Source of the DNA: Nemertoderma westbladi
Taxonomy: Eukaryota; Animalia; Xenacoelomorpha
Assembly: GCA_032718475.1 (NCBI GenBank)
Contig: JAUCBJ010008710.1
Location: forward strand, 1-64,000
Direction: 5' to 3'
Length of the DNA: 64,000 bases
Part shown: piece after piece, positions 1 through 12,163 of the stretch
Position numbering within the stretch: the first letter of the stretch is position 1
Layout of the letters: each line of letters begins with the position of its first letter
Notes under the pieces: model-generated
The model's database searches: none
Seen by the model: the letters and a program-made list of their open reading frames with translations, nothing else
Told to the model about the DNA's origin: nothing
Position numbers and translations under genes: made by a program

Positions 1-587
1 ATGTTCTTCAATATATTATTGTGATGTGGATGTGCAATATTATTGAATTTATAACGATGCAATATTGAATATTTCTTTCAATTTTGGTATTATTTTTTTA
101 TACTGTAGTTTTGTTATCGTTTTGTTTATTTCTCATATTTTTGTTTATTGAAGTTTATTTAGTCAATACTGTATATAGTACAGTACGTTATGCCGATTTA
201 TATTACCGATATACCGTAAATTTAGCTTTGAATTATTTTTTATTCCGGGCAAAATTTGTTAAATAAGTTCATTTTCGACTGCCAATTATTTATATAAAAA
301 CGGCACTACGTTTATTCAGTGTGAGTGGCTAAATAAAATAAACACAATTCGTTACCATCGTTAAATGATTGGTGAGGTTTGATATACAGTGTAGTTAATA
401 CAAACAATAAATTGGTTTCATTCTACCCCCAGCGTCTGCAAAAAACGCAAGTCTAACGTTAAATGACGTCAGACTCTAAATAGTCATTAATTTCCTATAA
501 TTTAATTTTAAATTATCAATTAAATTGTTTGATAACTAATAAATTTAAATAATTTAATCAAATGATTTATCTAACGTAGAGGCCAAC

Positions 588-2673
588 TGTTAAACAAACT
601 ACCCCGGCCTAACCAATAAAGACACAAAACTGCTCTATTTATTAGACAGGGCAATCAGGAGCGTATTATTGCTAATGTGAGGGGCTGCTAAATACAAAAC
701 CGCTACTTACCGTTAGATGGCGCTAACCTGCCGTCCGCTAATATGTTTTACTAATTTTCTACGGCTCCTGCTAATTTCTTGTTCCTTTCTCTACCAATTA
801 CTCGATAGAGAGCTAACTGTTCGAATATATGAGCCACGCGGGAATAACCAAAACAACAAACCCGAATCGGCTCCCTAAGCTGACTTAAAACGAGTGTGAG
901 AGGTTTTACACTCAGAGTATATTCTTACGCCTAATCTTACTGTTAAAGTACGCCAATGCCTACGTCTTTTCTAATCGCGAATACTGGGGGTTCCCTAACG
1001 GAATGTGTGAATGCGAGAATATTTAAAATAATCAAAGTGGTACAGTGTTTATTAGGGCTAATACCTATAGTGGGACTAAACTTGTCTGCGGCTGGCTTTA
1101 GGCCAGCAAATTACTAATGCGTTTTGCGTACTGAATACTGCTATCTAGCTTATTGCCCGCTAATTCAAATAACCGCTCAGCGTGAATAGTTTACGGTACT
1201 CTAATTATTACCTTAGCTACTCTCCGCTATGCTGCGTACTAATTCTTAATTTTACTAATTAATTACAGTCACAAATATGTAACAGCCTAAAATACTGTAT
1301 TACTTTGACCTAATCAGTAATTATTTACAGTAAACTAAGAGATAGAAATCAATCAAAGGGAAAAGAGCGCCTATCTAAGCATTCGTAATCTTAGGCACAC
1401 TTTAGTAACACACCAATCAGCGTCAGCAATCACAGCTCGCAATGCGCGATTCACAATTGTACAATCCGCAATGCACGCAATTCGCAATTACACAGCACAA
1501 TATAATAATTCGCAATACATGCAATTCGCAATTGTAAAGCACGCAGACCTCTCCCGGGTACATCTAGGCTTCCTAACTAACCCAATTCCTGCCCCCCTAA
1601 TACTAAATAGAGACAAAACCTGGATCATCAGCCCCCTAATTACTGTACCAGCGAGCTGCCCCCACGCTACAATGCAAATTGCCCGACCGCAACGGTGACC
1701 CCCCGCCAGCGTTGCTCGCCTTTGAATCCTCCGCTCCCTTCGTCGCTAACCCCCCGATGTGCCCACCGCCCACTGGCGCCTTAGCCCTCCATTATGCTAA
1801 TAGCTACCGTAGCGGCGCATGCAAATCACAAAGTCTGACAGTCTCAGAAATCCCTTAGGATTATTGCGCAGAAAGGAATCACATAGAACCATTAATCAAA
1901 AGGTAGAAATCATAGTTCCAGTTGTAATTTGCAGTAATCGAAGGAATTAATTGAGAAACACAATCAAGAGTAATCGCACTAGCAAAGCATTTTGAGAAAT
2001 TAATCGAAAATAGCAAATTGCAGAAATACGCTAAAATATCCGTAAAAATGAATATAGACAGCTCAGCAAGTACAAGGTGATAGCAGATCATGTGAGGTGT
2101 CATGTGAGGCTCTACCGGCACACCGCCAATTTATAGGTGATCCGGATGGGGTGATGCAATAGGGTGACTCAATCGCTCTCCTATTGGCTCTCCAGTCCGT
2201 GCTAGCATTAGACCAACCTGGAAGCAGTTAGTCCAATAAGGAGGCCGGATTGTAGCCCTATTGCCTGCCCAAACCTCAAATTATTACCATATATGGTAAT
2301 GGTTCACGTCCCTGGCTGCTGAGTGGCCAGGACAGCGTCCCTATATCTAGCCCTATCGATGCTAATATCAGCAAGCACAAAATCCAGGGTCCGAATAAAC
2401 TCGCTACCCTGGAACTATCTACATATATCCTAATACAAAATTACGTAGGTAGGGCTACATACTATACAAAATGGATGGATTCAAATATATGGGTGTTTCG
2501 ATTTCCCTATCTAAATACTACTGCGTTATTATGCCTTATCTAAAATATTATGCTGCACAACGGACTAATATTACATACAGTATAACGGACTAATATTGTG
2601 TACAGTATAACGGACTAATATATTATACTGCATAATGGCTAATAATGTGGATACAGCGCCATATACCGTAACA
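588..2673 (-). repeat. 3' LTR of family A element
   Basis: Matches 15778-17863 at offset 15190; only one difference seen by eye (1378 A vs 16568 T). Preceded on the minus strand by a short purine-rich run GGAGCGG. Confidence 0.97.
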
Positions 2674-4913
2674 CCGCTCCAAGGGAAATCATATAATGTT
2701 TCCCTCCAATTGTAGAAGAGTATAAGGTGATGTATACAAAACAAAATAAATTTCTTCCAACTAATCTAAATACTTGATACTATAAATCCTACTATTTAAA
2801 AATATTGCTATAGATATTGCATAATGAATTACATACAAATTAAATTTACAAAATATTGTTTCTCGTTCGTACTACATAATGATTACTACATACAAAATTA
2901 AATTTACAAAATTTTACTTCCTTTATTTATTTACAAATTGACGGTCTACCTATTGAAATGGAACATGGCTAGGACAATGTCCCCCATTTCCCATCTCAAA
3001 TTAACGATCAAAATTAACAAGATAAACTAAATATAAACGTATTTGAGGCTAAATTTTTAACTAAATTGCATTAAAGGCCGATAATCAAATTAAATATAAA
3101 ATACGTAATAATTTCTTTCATTTTCGGACTTTACTTAATTTCTTATAAAAAACGCAAATCATATTGGTTTGATGATTGCTCAGGTAAGTGATAGGAGTAA
3201 GCCAAACCCGCGGGTTTGTCTCCCCAATCACTTCCTTTGCCTCTTTCAATAAACTTTAGAGCAAATAAAGTCATATACACAAAATCAAATATAGTTAAAG
3301 TATTTACTATTTCCAATCGGACTACAAAATAAAAGTATTTCCTTTCAATATTTTTCGGCCTTCGAAAATAAAATTCTAAAACATGGATACGACTAGTGTA
3401 TATGAGTCCAGTCGAATGATTGATCAAAACCTACGATATACATCAGAGCGACGATGATGTATATGTCTAGAGTTTGTCGCTCCGTGATATTATAGTCTCA
3501 TCGGCTAGCTCCTGGGTCTCTCGGGCTCGCTCCCCTCTCCAGATACACCAGTCTCGCTTTCGTCCTTCTGGGCTCCTCCCCGAGGCGCACCCACGAGGCG
3601 GACGTGTTTCCACCACCCCTGGGGCCAGTCTGACTGATGTTATTATCAGACCGGGCCGGAGGGTGGCCTGATGCTTCCCGGGTTCTGTTTTCGGTCCCCC
3701 GATCACACCAGCACAGCTCGTCGAACGTGTAGCCAGTCGGGCGGCTACTGTCAACTTACTGTGGCCTGACTGTACATTGAGCCAACTCAAAGTATAACAA
3801 AGAGTCAACCGGCAGGTGGACCAGTCGATAGCGATCGAGCACCAAGGTCGCCCTTGGGCCTAACCGACGGTCTTGTCCCATGTGGGCTTGCGCTACCCAA
3901 CATGGAATTTTGACTCGTTTTCACCTGCCTCGCCGGCAGTATTGAAAAGACAATACTGTCTGTAGCTCAAAAGCTACTGAACAAGTAACCACTTACCAGT
4001 CACTGTACACGTGTACTCAACAGATGTTCACAATATCAAGTACACCAATTGGACACATACCATGCACACACAGAGGACATAATCGGTAAAGACAAAATCG
4101 GGGTCAAAATCGGGAGGGACTAGTTGTATCGACTAGAGAGAACATGAGAGTCGAGAGTACCTTATTTTGCCGTCAGGGCAAAATAACTTTGTGCGCACAA
4201 AGTATGCTGGGGCGCAGTAAAATATGGTCCTACTAATACCAGCGGTGTCTGGGCCAACTGGCAAGGTTTCCCACACTCACTCGCAGTGGCCATACATACA
4301 ATCACGTGTACTCACGCACCCACAGCAACAGAAAACTCAAAGGCCCAAACAAATCCCAAAAACCAATCAGCTGAACATGGAGACAATAACATATAGTATC
4401 AAAAAAACGGAACAGCTGATGGTCAAAAGGAACCCATCCGAGCCCCAAGCAACTGCCACTGATCGCCCACATACAAAACACAATTCACACCACATGACAC
4501 CACAAATCACACCATGCCACCACCCCTACTGTGTACAGGACTGGCAGTACGGCAACATGCCGACTAGACGGTACCACGGCACCATGTTGATTCATGGTTC
4601 GCTAGACACGAGGGCCATCAGTATCTCCCTTGCACTTAAACTCGATTTAACGTGCCCCCAGACCCTCACGAGTCCGCCGCCGCCTGTTACAGTCACCCCT
4701 ATAGAGACCTCACCTCTTTAGGTAACCGTCGAATAGAACTGCTCGTCCTTGGCTTGACGCTTGCCAAGGACTCCTCCTTCTGGTACTTGCCGCGAGCTGT
4801 GAGCTCCGGCTGTTGTCGCTGTGGGCGCGGCGGTCCTGATCCTCCACTCGTTCAGAGGTCAATGACCCCAAACGAGTCTCCTTAGGCCGCCAATTGTGCG
4901 CTGGGTAATAAAT

Positions 4914-5576
4914 CTAGACGTATATATCAGAGCGACGATGATATATAAAGGATTGGACAGATTCGGGCTTAATAATACGTGCGTCGAAACTTCCCGAAAT
5001 AATTTGGAGTAAATATCGTATAAACCGTGGATCGTGGGTGTGGTTAGTAGACGGATGGATGGCGCGAATCTCGTCTGGATACTCAGGCGTGAGTTTCCTC
5101 TCCTGGTGAAGCGAAGTGAACGTGGTCCAGGAACTCGAATCCCGTGCCGCTTCGCGCTGCGCCTCTAGGTCTTTATAGGCTCGGTATAGCGAAATGGCCG
5201 CTGCCGTGTCTATCAAACTGGGTGTCGAACAGGGTTTAATCTCCGTATACGGATCTAATGTCGTAACGGTCGGCGTAATGGGTCTCGGAGGTAGCCTTCC
5301 GCTAAAGTCGATACTGATCATCGGGTCGCTCATCGGGTAACCTCCCTCGTTATATCTAAGGAACTGGTGAGCTTGACAACGTGTTAATATCGGTTCTGGA
5401 TGTTGCTCGTCTAGTCGGTCGGGAATCGTGGGTTTGTATTTCCCATTTAGCTCCATCACTGACCGCCCATGGTAGTAAACGTTCGAATCTTTACATCCCG
5501 GTCGCGCGAATGGTAACTCCGCCTCCTCTCTGGCAGTAAATCCTCTGCGCGGTTGCGCTCTAATATCCTTCTCCAT
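4914..5576 (-). CDS. Accessory ORF (220 aa, unknown function) downstream of pol in family A
   Basis: ATG-initiated, same sense as gag-pol, in the env-equivalent position; no signal peptide or transmembrane stretch visible; no family recognised. Confidence 0.5.
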   Translation of the reverse strand: MEKDIRAQPRRGFTAREEAELPFARPGCKDSNVYYHGRSVMELNGKYKPTIPDRLDEQHPEPILTRCQAHQFLRYNEGGYPMSDPMISIDFSGRLPPRPITPTVTTLDPYTEIKPCSTPSLIDTAAAISLYRAYKDLEAQREAARDSSSWTTFTSLHQERKLTPEYPDEIRAIHPSTNHTHDPRFIRYLLQIISGSFDARIIKPESVQSFIYHRRSDIYV

Positions 5577-6334
5577 TATGCCCCGCGTATATACATATAT
5601 AACCCAATAAGTGTTCCGTTACGCAAACCAATTACACTGTGGGTAATCAGTTAGATGTCGCCGAAGGACAGACTTCCCGAACCCCCCTTCCAGCTGCCTT
5701 CCAGCAGTTCAGGTTCGACTCTCTAGATCCCGTCTCTTCCTAACTATCCTCTAACCTATTCCCATGCATAGCGCAAAAACTTTGGAGATAAACTGGCCGT
5801 GACCAACTCACTTTTTGATGCCCAAACTACTCCCATTACTCGTACTAAACTACAGTAGTTAGAAAGGACTATAGCCACAATACTCGACTATACCAAACCC
5901 ACAGGTTTGATAATCGAACATCACACATCACTGCAAACTACTGAGTGGGGTCCATGTACGCCTCTGGTGCTACTAACCTTTAGCACTTTAGTTGCACTGT
6001 TGGCACCAATCTGTGGAAGTTGCTAAACTCAATTTACACTCCTACGTAATATAGCCGTCACCATGGTTTCTAAATGCTATTTTCCAGGCTTCACGACTTT
6101 TCAAATTACTGTTATCTATAGACGAATTCTAAAACGCGTCTATACACAGCGTCTGGAATTGTCTTGGGTTCACTTCTAATTTTTTAAAATTTTCTAATTT
6201 TCCAAAATTTTGAAATAAAATTTTGTTTTGATACCCACCAGACAAAACTCAACGCAAATCACCACAACCCCGCTCCTATGCATTTCCTTGTATTTGCATA
6301 CGAGGAATGCATACGAAGTGAGTTGCGTCCAACA

Positions 6335-9300
6335 CTAACTCTGTTTTGAGGCAGGAGACAAATTATAATCTCCCGTCTCGATACGTGTCTCCTCTAATAA
6401 CACAATATCTTGGACCGGTCGGTCCAAGGTGTGTAAACCATTAGTTTGACACTTCTTTGGGTGCGGACACTTGCACCTAATTTTCACAGTGACTGTGCGC
6501 ACTATGTTTTGCACGTCTGGGTGTGTGTGCAAGATCACTCCAGTCTCCCAATACTTTCTCTTGACAATGGGTTCGGTTATCAGTACGTAATCTCCCCTTT
6601 GGAGACTCCGAACCGTTTTGTACCACTTTGTTCTGGTGGATATGGTGGGAAGATAGTATTCCCGCCAATATTCCCAGAATGTGTACGCCACAAACTGTGT
6701 CACTTTCCAGCTTTTATGACTATATAGGTCGGCACTAATGGGTTCTGATGCCGGCACAAGAAACGCTGGACTCTGCATTAGCAAATGATTCGGCGTTAAT
6801 GCAACACCGCCTGGCAACATGGCTATCGGCCTCGAGTTTAATGTATGCTCGATTTCGATGAAAGCTGTGACCAGCTCGTCGTCGGTAAGTTGTTTGTTTA
6901 CAGGCAATGTTTTGGCAATGGCCTGTTTTACAGAGCGAACTAAACGCTCCCAACTTCCTCCTCTCCAAGGACTTTCTGGAGTATTAAATCTCCACTCTAC
7001 TCGTTGCGGCAAAAGTGCTGCAGAAATTTCCTTATTCTGTGCCGCTTTATGAGCCGCGTTCAACTCGCTGTTCCCTCCGACAAAGTTTGTACCCTTATCG
7101 GAGTAGAACGCCTTTACTAGTCCTCTCCTGGCCATAAATCTCTTCAAGGCCAGGAGCAGAGATTTGGTCGACATGTCTGCCACACGCTCGATATGTATGG
7201 CTCTACTCGCCATACATGTCAGTAGCAGACCCCATCGCTTGTGGGTCAGCCGTCCACTCTTTGCCTCAATCGGACCAAAACAATCCACCCCTGTGTTCGT
7301 AAAGGGTGGGTCATATGCCTGCACTCTCGCTTCCGGGAGTTCAGCCATCTCTTGTTCCAATACTCTGGCGTTCACCCTCTTGCAAACCAGACAGGCGTCA
7401 TACATGGTGCCGACTGCCCTGCTTGGCTGCAATAGAATGAATCGCTGTCTCGCTGCCGACAAACAGTGTAACTTTCCCGCGTGATGCAACCTCTTATGTA
7501 TATCCCATAGAATCGCTCTTTGCAATTCTATTGGGTGACTAGGGATTATCACTGGGAACCGAAACTGTGAGTTTATGTCGACAGTCTGGATTCTCGATCT
7601 ATGACAAATTAAACCCTTATGGATTAATGGACTCCATTTTCTAAGGGGTTTATAGAGAACTGGTCGTTGAGCCGATAATAGATGGAATTCCTTAGGGAAG
7701 GCACACATCTGATAATGTTTCAAATGCTTTAATTCCGCTTGATCAATCTCATCCTCTGTCAGAGGTTGTTTCAATTTTCGAATTCGCTCACTATTGGTGC
7801 TCGTTCGTTCTCTCAAATGTTTCGAATGTTTTAAACAAAGGTACAAAATGTATCGGCTTAACCACGCAGTTCTTTTACAAATTGTCAGCCAAGAGGCAGA
7901 CGAATTTAGTAATTTGTCATAAATACTACATGGCTCTAATAATGCCAGCGACGGTTGTCCGCTAGTTAATGGAAGTTTCGAATCCAAACCCGCAGGTTTG
8001 GAAACCAAAGACTCCATTTTGTCGGTCATTTTCTGTCCGTCACTTACCAACTGTGACTCCGGTTTAGTCTGTAAGGGTGGTTTGATGTCATAACTTACCC
8101 TTCCGGACCTAGTAGTCACGTAAGTCTGTTGGTCTGACAGGTCTCCGGGCCGCTCCAATAACTCTTCAGGCCGCTCCAATGACTCTTCAGGCCGCTCCAA
8201 TGACTTAAGTTTGGCTTTAGACTTCGATTTAGAGACTTTCTCCACCTTGACTTCTGCATCTTCAGGCATCGGATTGGTCACTATCTTTAGTCGCTCTGGC
8301 CAATGTTCCTGTGTCCTCGTTAGAAAATCAGGTCCATGCAACCAAAACTCCTGCGACTCTTCCTGACAGAATTCCGCCGGCATTGCACCTCTCGAAGTTA
8401 TGTCGGCCGGGTTTAACACTCCCGGACAATGTCTCCATTGTTCCTTCGTCGAAAAGTCGACGATCTGAGCGCGTCTATTGGCCACAAATGTCTTTAGTGC
8501 AATATTGTCGGCCGCAATGTATACTAACACCAAGGATGCGTCCGTCCAATAAAATAAGGTCAATGTCGTGTCTAACTCCTTAGTTATTTGCTTACTTACC
8601 TCGACCGAAACTACAGCCACCTGTAACTCTGCACGAGGGACAGTCATGTATTTGACCGGCATTGTCTTTGATCTAGAAGTCACAAAGGCCGTCTCAAATT
8701 TGTCCTGACTTACCTCTCGGCGTAGGTAGGCTACCATACCAAAGCCGGTGTCACTTGCGTCACTGAACAGATGCAGCTCTAAATCAGCTGGGAATACCAG
8801 CTGATTCGGGAAGTAGGAGCGGGGTACATCTATGTTTTTCAATAGATGTAACTCGGCTTCCCACTCTCTCCACTGCTTTGCATGTATAGGAGATATTGGT
8901 TCGTCCCACTCTACGTCGGACAACCAAATTTTCCTCATGCACGCTCGTGCCTGTAATATAACCGGACTGATAAAGTTCATCGGGTCAAACAGTCTACTTA
9001 ATGTCGATAAGCAAATCCTCTTAGTCAAAACTTTGTCTGGGCTACTGGGCTCAAATCTAACTCTTACCTGGAACTTATCTGAGTTCGGGTTCCAAGCGAG
9101 TCCCAGTACTCGCGCCATGGGGAGTGGTTCTACCCCCAATTCTATGTCTCCGCTCCCGCGATCTTTCACCGGGAACGACTCTAATAGGGCCTCCGAGTTA
9201 GTAGTGAACTTGGTCAGAGGAAAACCCCCTGTAGCCAAGCACTCCTGCAGGCCGTGAGCCACTTCTATGGCTTGTTCCGCCGTGTCCTTGGACACCAATC

Positions 9301-12163
9301 CGTCGTCCATGTAGAAGTTTCTCAAGATGGACTCGATAACCTCTACTGGGTACTTACCAATCTGGGCTGTTGCCGTTTTCTTTAAAACGAACAGCGTGCC
9401 ATTCGGACTATCGCGGGCGCCAAATATCCTAACGTACATTTGGTATGTAACCACTGGGCCGGATAAGTCTTCATTCTCGTACCAGAGAAAGCGAAGGCTA
9501 TCCTGGTCTGCCTTACAGGCTCTTACCTGGTGGAACATCGCCTCGATGTCACAAGTAAATGCGAATCGCCGCTGTCTAAAACGCAACAGTATTCCTATCA
9601 AATAGTTATTCAGGTTGGGACCATCCATCAACTCTGAATTCAGGGACATACCTCTATAGACTGCTGCGCAGTCGTTGACTACTCGGACTTTGTCTGGTTT
9701 GTCAGGGTGAGTCACATAGTGGTGTGGAAGGTAATAAGTCTGGTCTGTCACTAAGTCAGGGTCCTCTACCTTCCCAGCAAATCCCTTGGCGAAATAGTTG
9801 TTGATCTGGGCGCAATACTTCTCCCTAATGTCTGGATTCCTCAACAACCGAGCCCTTACTCCGTTTAATCTTTTCAAGGCTAAGTTGTAGTTGTTTTCCA
9901 ACTTAGGAGGTTGTCGACGCCACAACATTCCAACTTCAAAATGTCCAGTCGGTAGTAGACGTATGGTATCTTCCATCATCTCCAGCGACCGTTTCTCATC
10001 AGTAGACATGGCTAGGTCATATCCACCGGGTTCCATTGCGTCCCTATCCAGCCATTCGACGGTTCTGGCTCCTGTCTCGAGGTCCTGGCGTATCAATTCC
10101 TTCTGTAGCTCCTCCTCACTGTATTGGAAAATGTCTAGGTCTCGATATTTAGCCACTTGACCCTCCACTATGTCTGTATAAGTCAAAACGTTAGTCAAAT
10201 AGGTAGCGTGGGCCGCTGAACCAGACCCACGGGTCTGATAACAGTAGTCCTCGGGTTCACTATCTGTCCGGTCGTTGTGAAGTGGTTCCGACAACCTAAC
10301 ATTATCGGGAATCAACTCCTCGTCCGACTCGCTAAAGTCACTATAGTGGTCAATACAGGTTCTCCTAAACTCGTCTATGTCTGGTGGTTCTACTAACGGT
10401 GGTTGAGTTATAGGCTGTAATTCGTCGTATCTATTCATTGGCTTGTCGCCACCTGTAAACTCATAAGACATGGGTACTCTTGTATACCAACCTAATATAG
10501 TCCTATGGGCATGTGGTCCATTGACATGCGGTTCAGCTGGTCTCGTTTCCCATATTTGGTGTGCGATCAGCTGTTCTGCACCAATCAACATGGAAACATT
10601 CCTATAACCTACCTGATGTCTGGGTATCCTGAGCTTGTCAAAATACTCCTGTGCTATGGGACTCATCGGCGGCACCTTACCTAACTGCCTGCCGAATCCC
10701 TTCATAGCTAGACACTTAAATCCGTCCAATGGCAAAGCTTTCCGTTCTTGTCGAGTGTGTTGGTCTCTCGGAAGTAGGGAATCTAGTTCTACCGAAATTC
10801 TGTGTCCCTTGAGGTCTCCTACCCCGTGCATAGACTTCAACTCTATTTGGATCTCCTCGGCGTCCTGGAAGCTAGAAACGGCTCTCGCCACTTCCTCGTC
10901 GATATACGATAATGTGGACGCAGTGTCCAACATCACATATATTCGCTTCGATCCCTTATCGCCAGTAAGTTTCACCGGAATCACGCTAAATATTTCCGAC
11001 GTGGCCGATGATAAATACGTCCGCGCGCTGGTCGATGAACTATCCGCAGTGAAACCTTGGCAGGTCACTTCTCTTGCGCTCGACTCGCCATCTTCGTCCG
11101 ACGAACCTGGTTGATAACCATCGTCCTGAATGCCGGTGTACGTATTCCTCCTTATCGATACGGGTTCTTTGCTCCCCTTCCTGTGAGGATTTCGCTGTAA
11201 GTAACGGTCCGTTGGGGTATGGAAATCCGCATGTAGCAACTTGTGATGTAGTCTGCCGCATTCCATGCATCCGTCCTTGCTGTTCGGGCACTGCCGCCGT
11301 ACATGACCTGGCGCAAGACAAGCCCAACAGGTGTCCAACGTCCGCACTTGAACTCTTCTCTGTTCCGAATTTAATTCTTTGAACCGTCTGCAACTATCTA
11401 ACTTATGGTCGTCAGATCTTACCTCCTTTAGTAAACAGTATTGGCAACCTACAAATCCATCCGGCAACTCCTGTTGCTTTAACCTAGGTCTATCTAACCG
11501 CTCACCTGACCATACTCGCGAGTCTGATCTAAAGGCTGGGGTACTCGAATTATATCTGTCTACTGAGTTAAATGTCACAGTGGTCCTGTCGTCGTCAAAA
11601 CTTACCATAGACTTACCGGTAACAGGTTTAGACTCCCTCATATTCTCTTCTGAGAAGTTTGATTTCATCTCTGCTACTGCGTCTGTGGCTATCATGTCAT
11701 GAATATGCTGAAGTGTCAATACTTTACCTTGGCCCTCCAACTTATTCTCTAATTTGCGCCATTTCTGTCTGTAACGCATGTTTAGACGTCTTATTACGCT
11801 CTTTAAAACTTCGGCGTGATCACCATGATGAGGTAGATTCACCGTCCTCAAGATGTCCAATGCGTTCGAAATAGCGTTCGCTAAGTTCAACAGCTCTAAC
11901 GGAGTTGTAATCCTTCCGCCCTTACCCAAGTCTTCCACTATCGACTGCGCCATCTTGGTTTTATTCCCGTAGATGTCACTAAGCGTCTTCATCGCTAACT
12001 CGAATGCCCTTTCATTGCCGACGAAGTTATCAGCAATGGCTCTAGGTTCTCGATGGAGCATCTGAAGCAAATAGTTGAACTTCTCGTTGGGAGTAAAGGT
12101 GCTGTTGGTTAGCTGCTCGTCGACATAGGTTTTGAAGGTCCTCCAATGCTTATGGTTGCCCAT
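6335..12163 (-). CDS. BEL/Pao Gag-Pol polyprotein (capsid-like DUF1759 region, 3 zinc knuckles, aspartic protease, RT, RNase H, integrase), 1942 aa
   Basis: Motifs in order: CQYC..H..C / CWACLAPGHVRRQC / CMECGRLHHKLLH; MLDTAS; LPHHYV, FTCDIEAMFHQV, FYMDD; LHLFSDAS, NPADITSRG; HKRLHH..CLVC, GVDCFGP, YSDKGTNF, WERLVRSVK; FWEYWREYYL. Confidence 0.96.
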   Translation of the reverse strand: MGNHKHWRTFKTYVDEQLTNSTFTPNEKFNYLLQMLHREPRAIADNFVGNERAFELAMKTLSDIYGNKTKMAQSIVEDLGKGGRITTPLELLNLANAISNALDILRTVNLPHHGDHAEVLKSVIRRLNMRYRQKWRKLENKLEGQGKVLTLQHIHDMIATDAVAEMKSNFSEENMRESKPVTGKSMVSFDDDRTTVTFNSVDRYNSSTPAFRSDSRVWSGERLDRPRLKQQELPDGFVGCQYCLLKEVRSDDHKLDSCRRFKELNSEQRRVQVRTLDTCWACLAPGHVRRQCPNSKDGCMECGRLHHKLLHADFHTPTDRYLQRNPHRKGSKEPVSIRRNTYTGIQDDGYQPGSSDEDGESSAREVTCQGFTADSSSTSARTYLSSATSEIFSVIPVKLTGDKGSKRIYVMLDTASTLSYIDEEVARAVSSFQDAEEIQIELKSMHGVGDLKGHRISVELDSLLPRDQHTRQERKALPLDGFKCLAMKGFGRQLGKVPPMSPIAQEYFDKLRIPRHQVGYRNVSMLIGAEQLIAHQIWETRPAEPHVNGPHAHRTILGWYTRVPMSYEFTGGDKPMNRYDELQPITQPPLVEPPDIDEFRRTCIDHYSDFSESDEELIPDNVRLSEPLHNDRTDSEPEDYCYQTRGSGSAAHATYLTNVLTYTDIVEGQVAKYRDLDIFQYSEEELQKELIRQDLETGARTVEWLDRDAMEPGGYDLAMSTDEKRSLEMMEDTIRLLPTGHFEVGMLWRRQPPKLENNYNLALKRLNGVRARLLRNPDIREKYCAQINNYFAKGFAGKVEDPDLVTDQTYYLPHHYVTHPDKPDKVRVVNDCAAVYRGMSLNSELMDGPNLNNYLIGILLRFRQRRFAFTCDIEAMFHQVRACKADQDSLRFLWYENEDLSGPVVTYQMYVRIFGARDSPNGTLFVLKKTATAQIGKYPVEVIESILRNFYMDDGLVSKDTAEQAIEVAHGLQECLATGGFPLTKFTTNSEALLESFPVKDRGSGDIELGVEPLPMARVLGLAWNPNSDKFQVRVRFEPSSPDKVLTKRICLSTLSRLFDPMNFISPVILQARACMRKIWLSDVEWDEPISPIHAKQWREWEAELHLLKNIDVPRSYFPNQLVFPADLELHLFSDASDTGFGMVAYLRREVSQDKFETAFVTSRSKTMPVKYMTVPRAELQVAVVSVEVSKQITKELDTTLTLFYWTDASLVLVYIAADNIALKTFVANRRAQIVDFSTKEQWRHCPGVLNPADITSRGAMPAEFCQEESQEFWLHGPDFLTRTQEHWPERLKIVTNPMPEDAEVKVEKVSKSKSKAKLKSLERPEESLERPEELLERPGDLSDQQTYVTTRSGRVSYDIKPPLQTKPESQLVSDGQKMTDKMESLVSKPAGLDSKLPLTSGQPSLALLEPCSIYDKLLNSSASWLTICKRTAWLSRYILYLCLKHSKHLRERTSTNSERIRKLKQPLTEDEIDQAELKHLKHYQMCAFPKEFHLLSAQRPVLYKPLRKWSPLIHKGLICHRSRIQTVDINSQFRFPVIIPSHPIELQRAILWDIHKRLHHAGKLHCLSAARQRFILLQPSRAVGTMYDACLVCKRVNARVLEQEMAELPEARVQAYDPPFTNTGVDCFGPIEAKSGRLTHKRWGLLLTCMASRAIHIERVADMSTKSLLLALKRFMARRGLVKAFYSDKGTNFVGGNSELNAAHKAAQNKEISAALLPQRVEWRFNTPESPWRGGSWERLVRSVKQAIAKTLPVNKQLTDDELVTAFIEIEHTLNSRPIAMLPGGVALTPNHLLMQSPAFLVPASEPISADLYSHKSWKVTQFVAYTFWEYWREYYLPTISTRTKWYKTVRSLQRGDYVLITEPIVKRKYWETGVILHTHPDVQNIVRTVTVKIRCKCPHPKKCQTNGLHTLDRPVQDIVLLEETRIETGDYNLSPASKQS

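Noticed and set aside
1471-2121. Short ORFs inside the family A LTR (duplicated at 16661-17311)
   Set aside because: Short, no recognisable domain; duplicated only because the LTR is duplicated.
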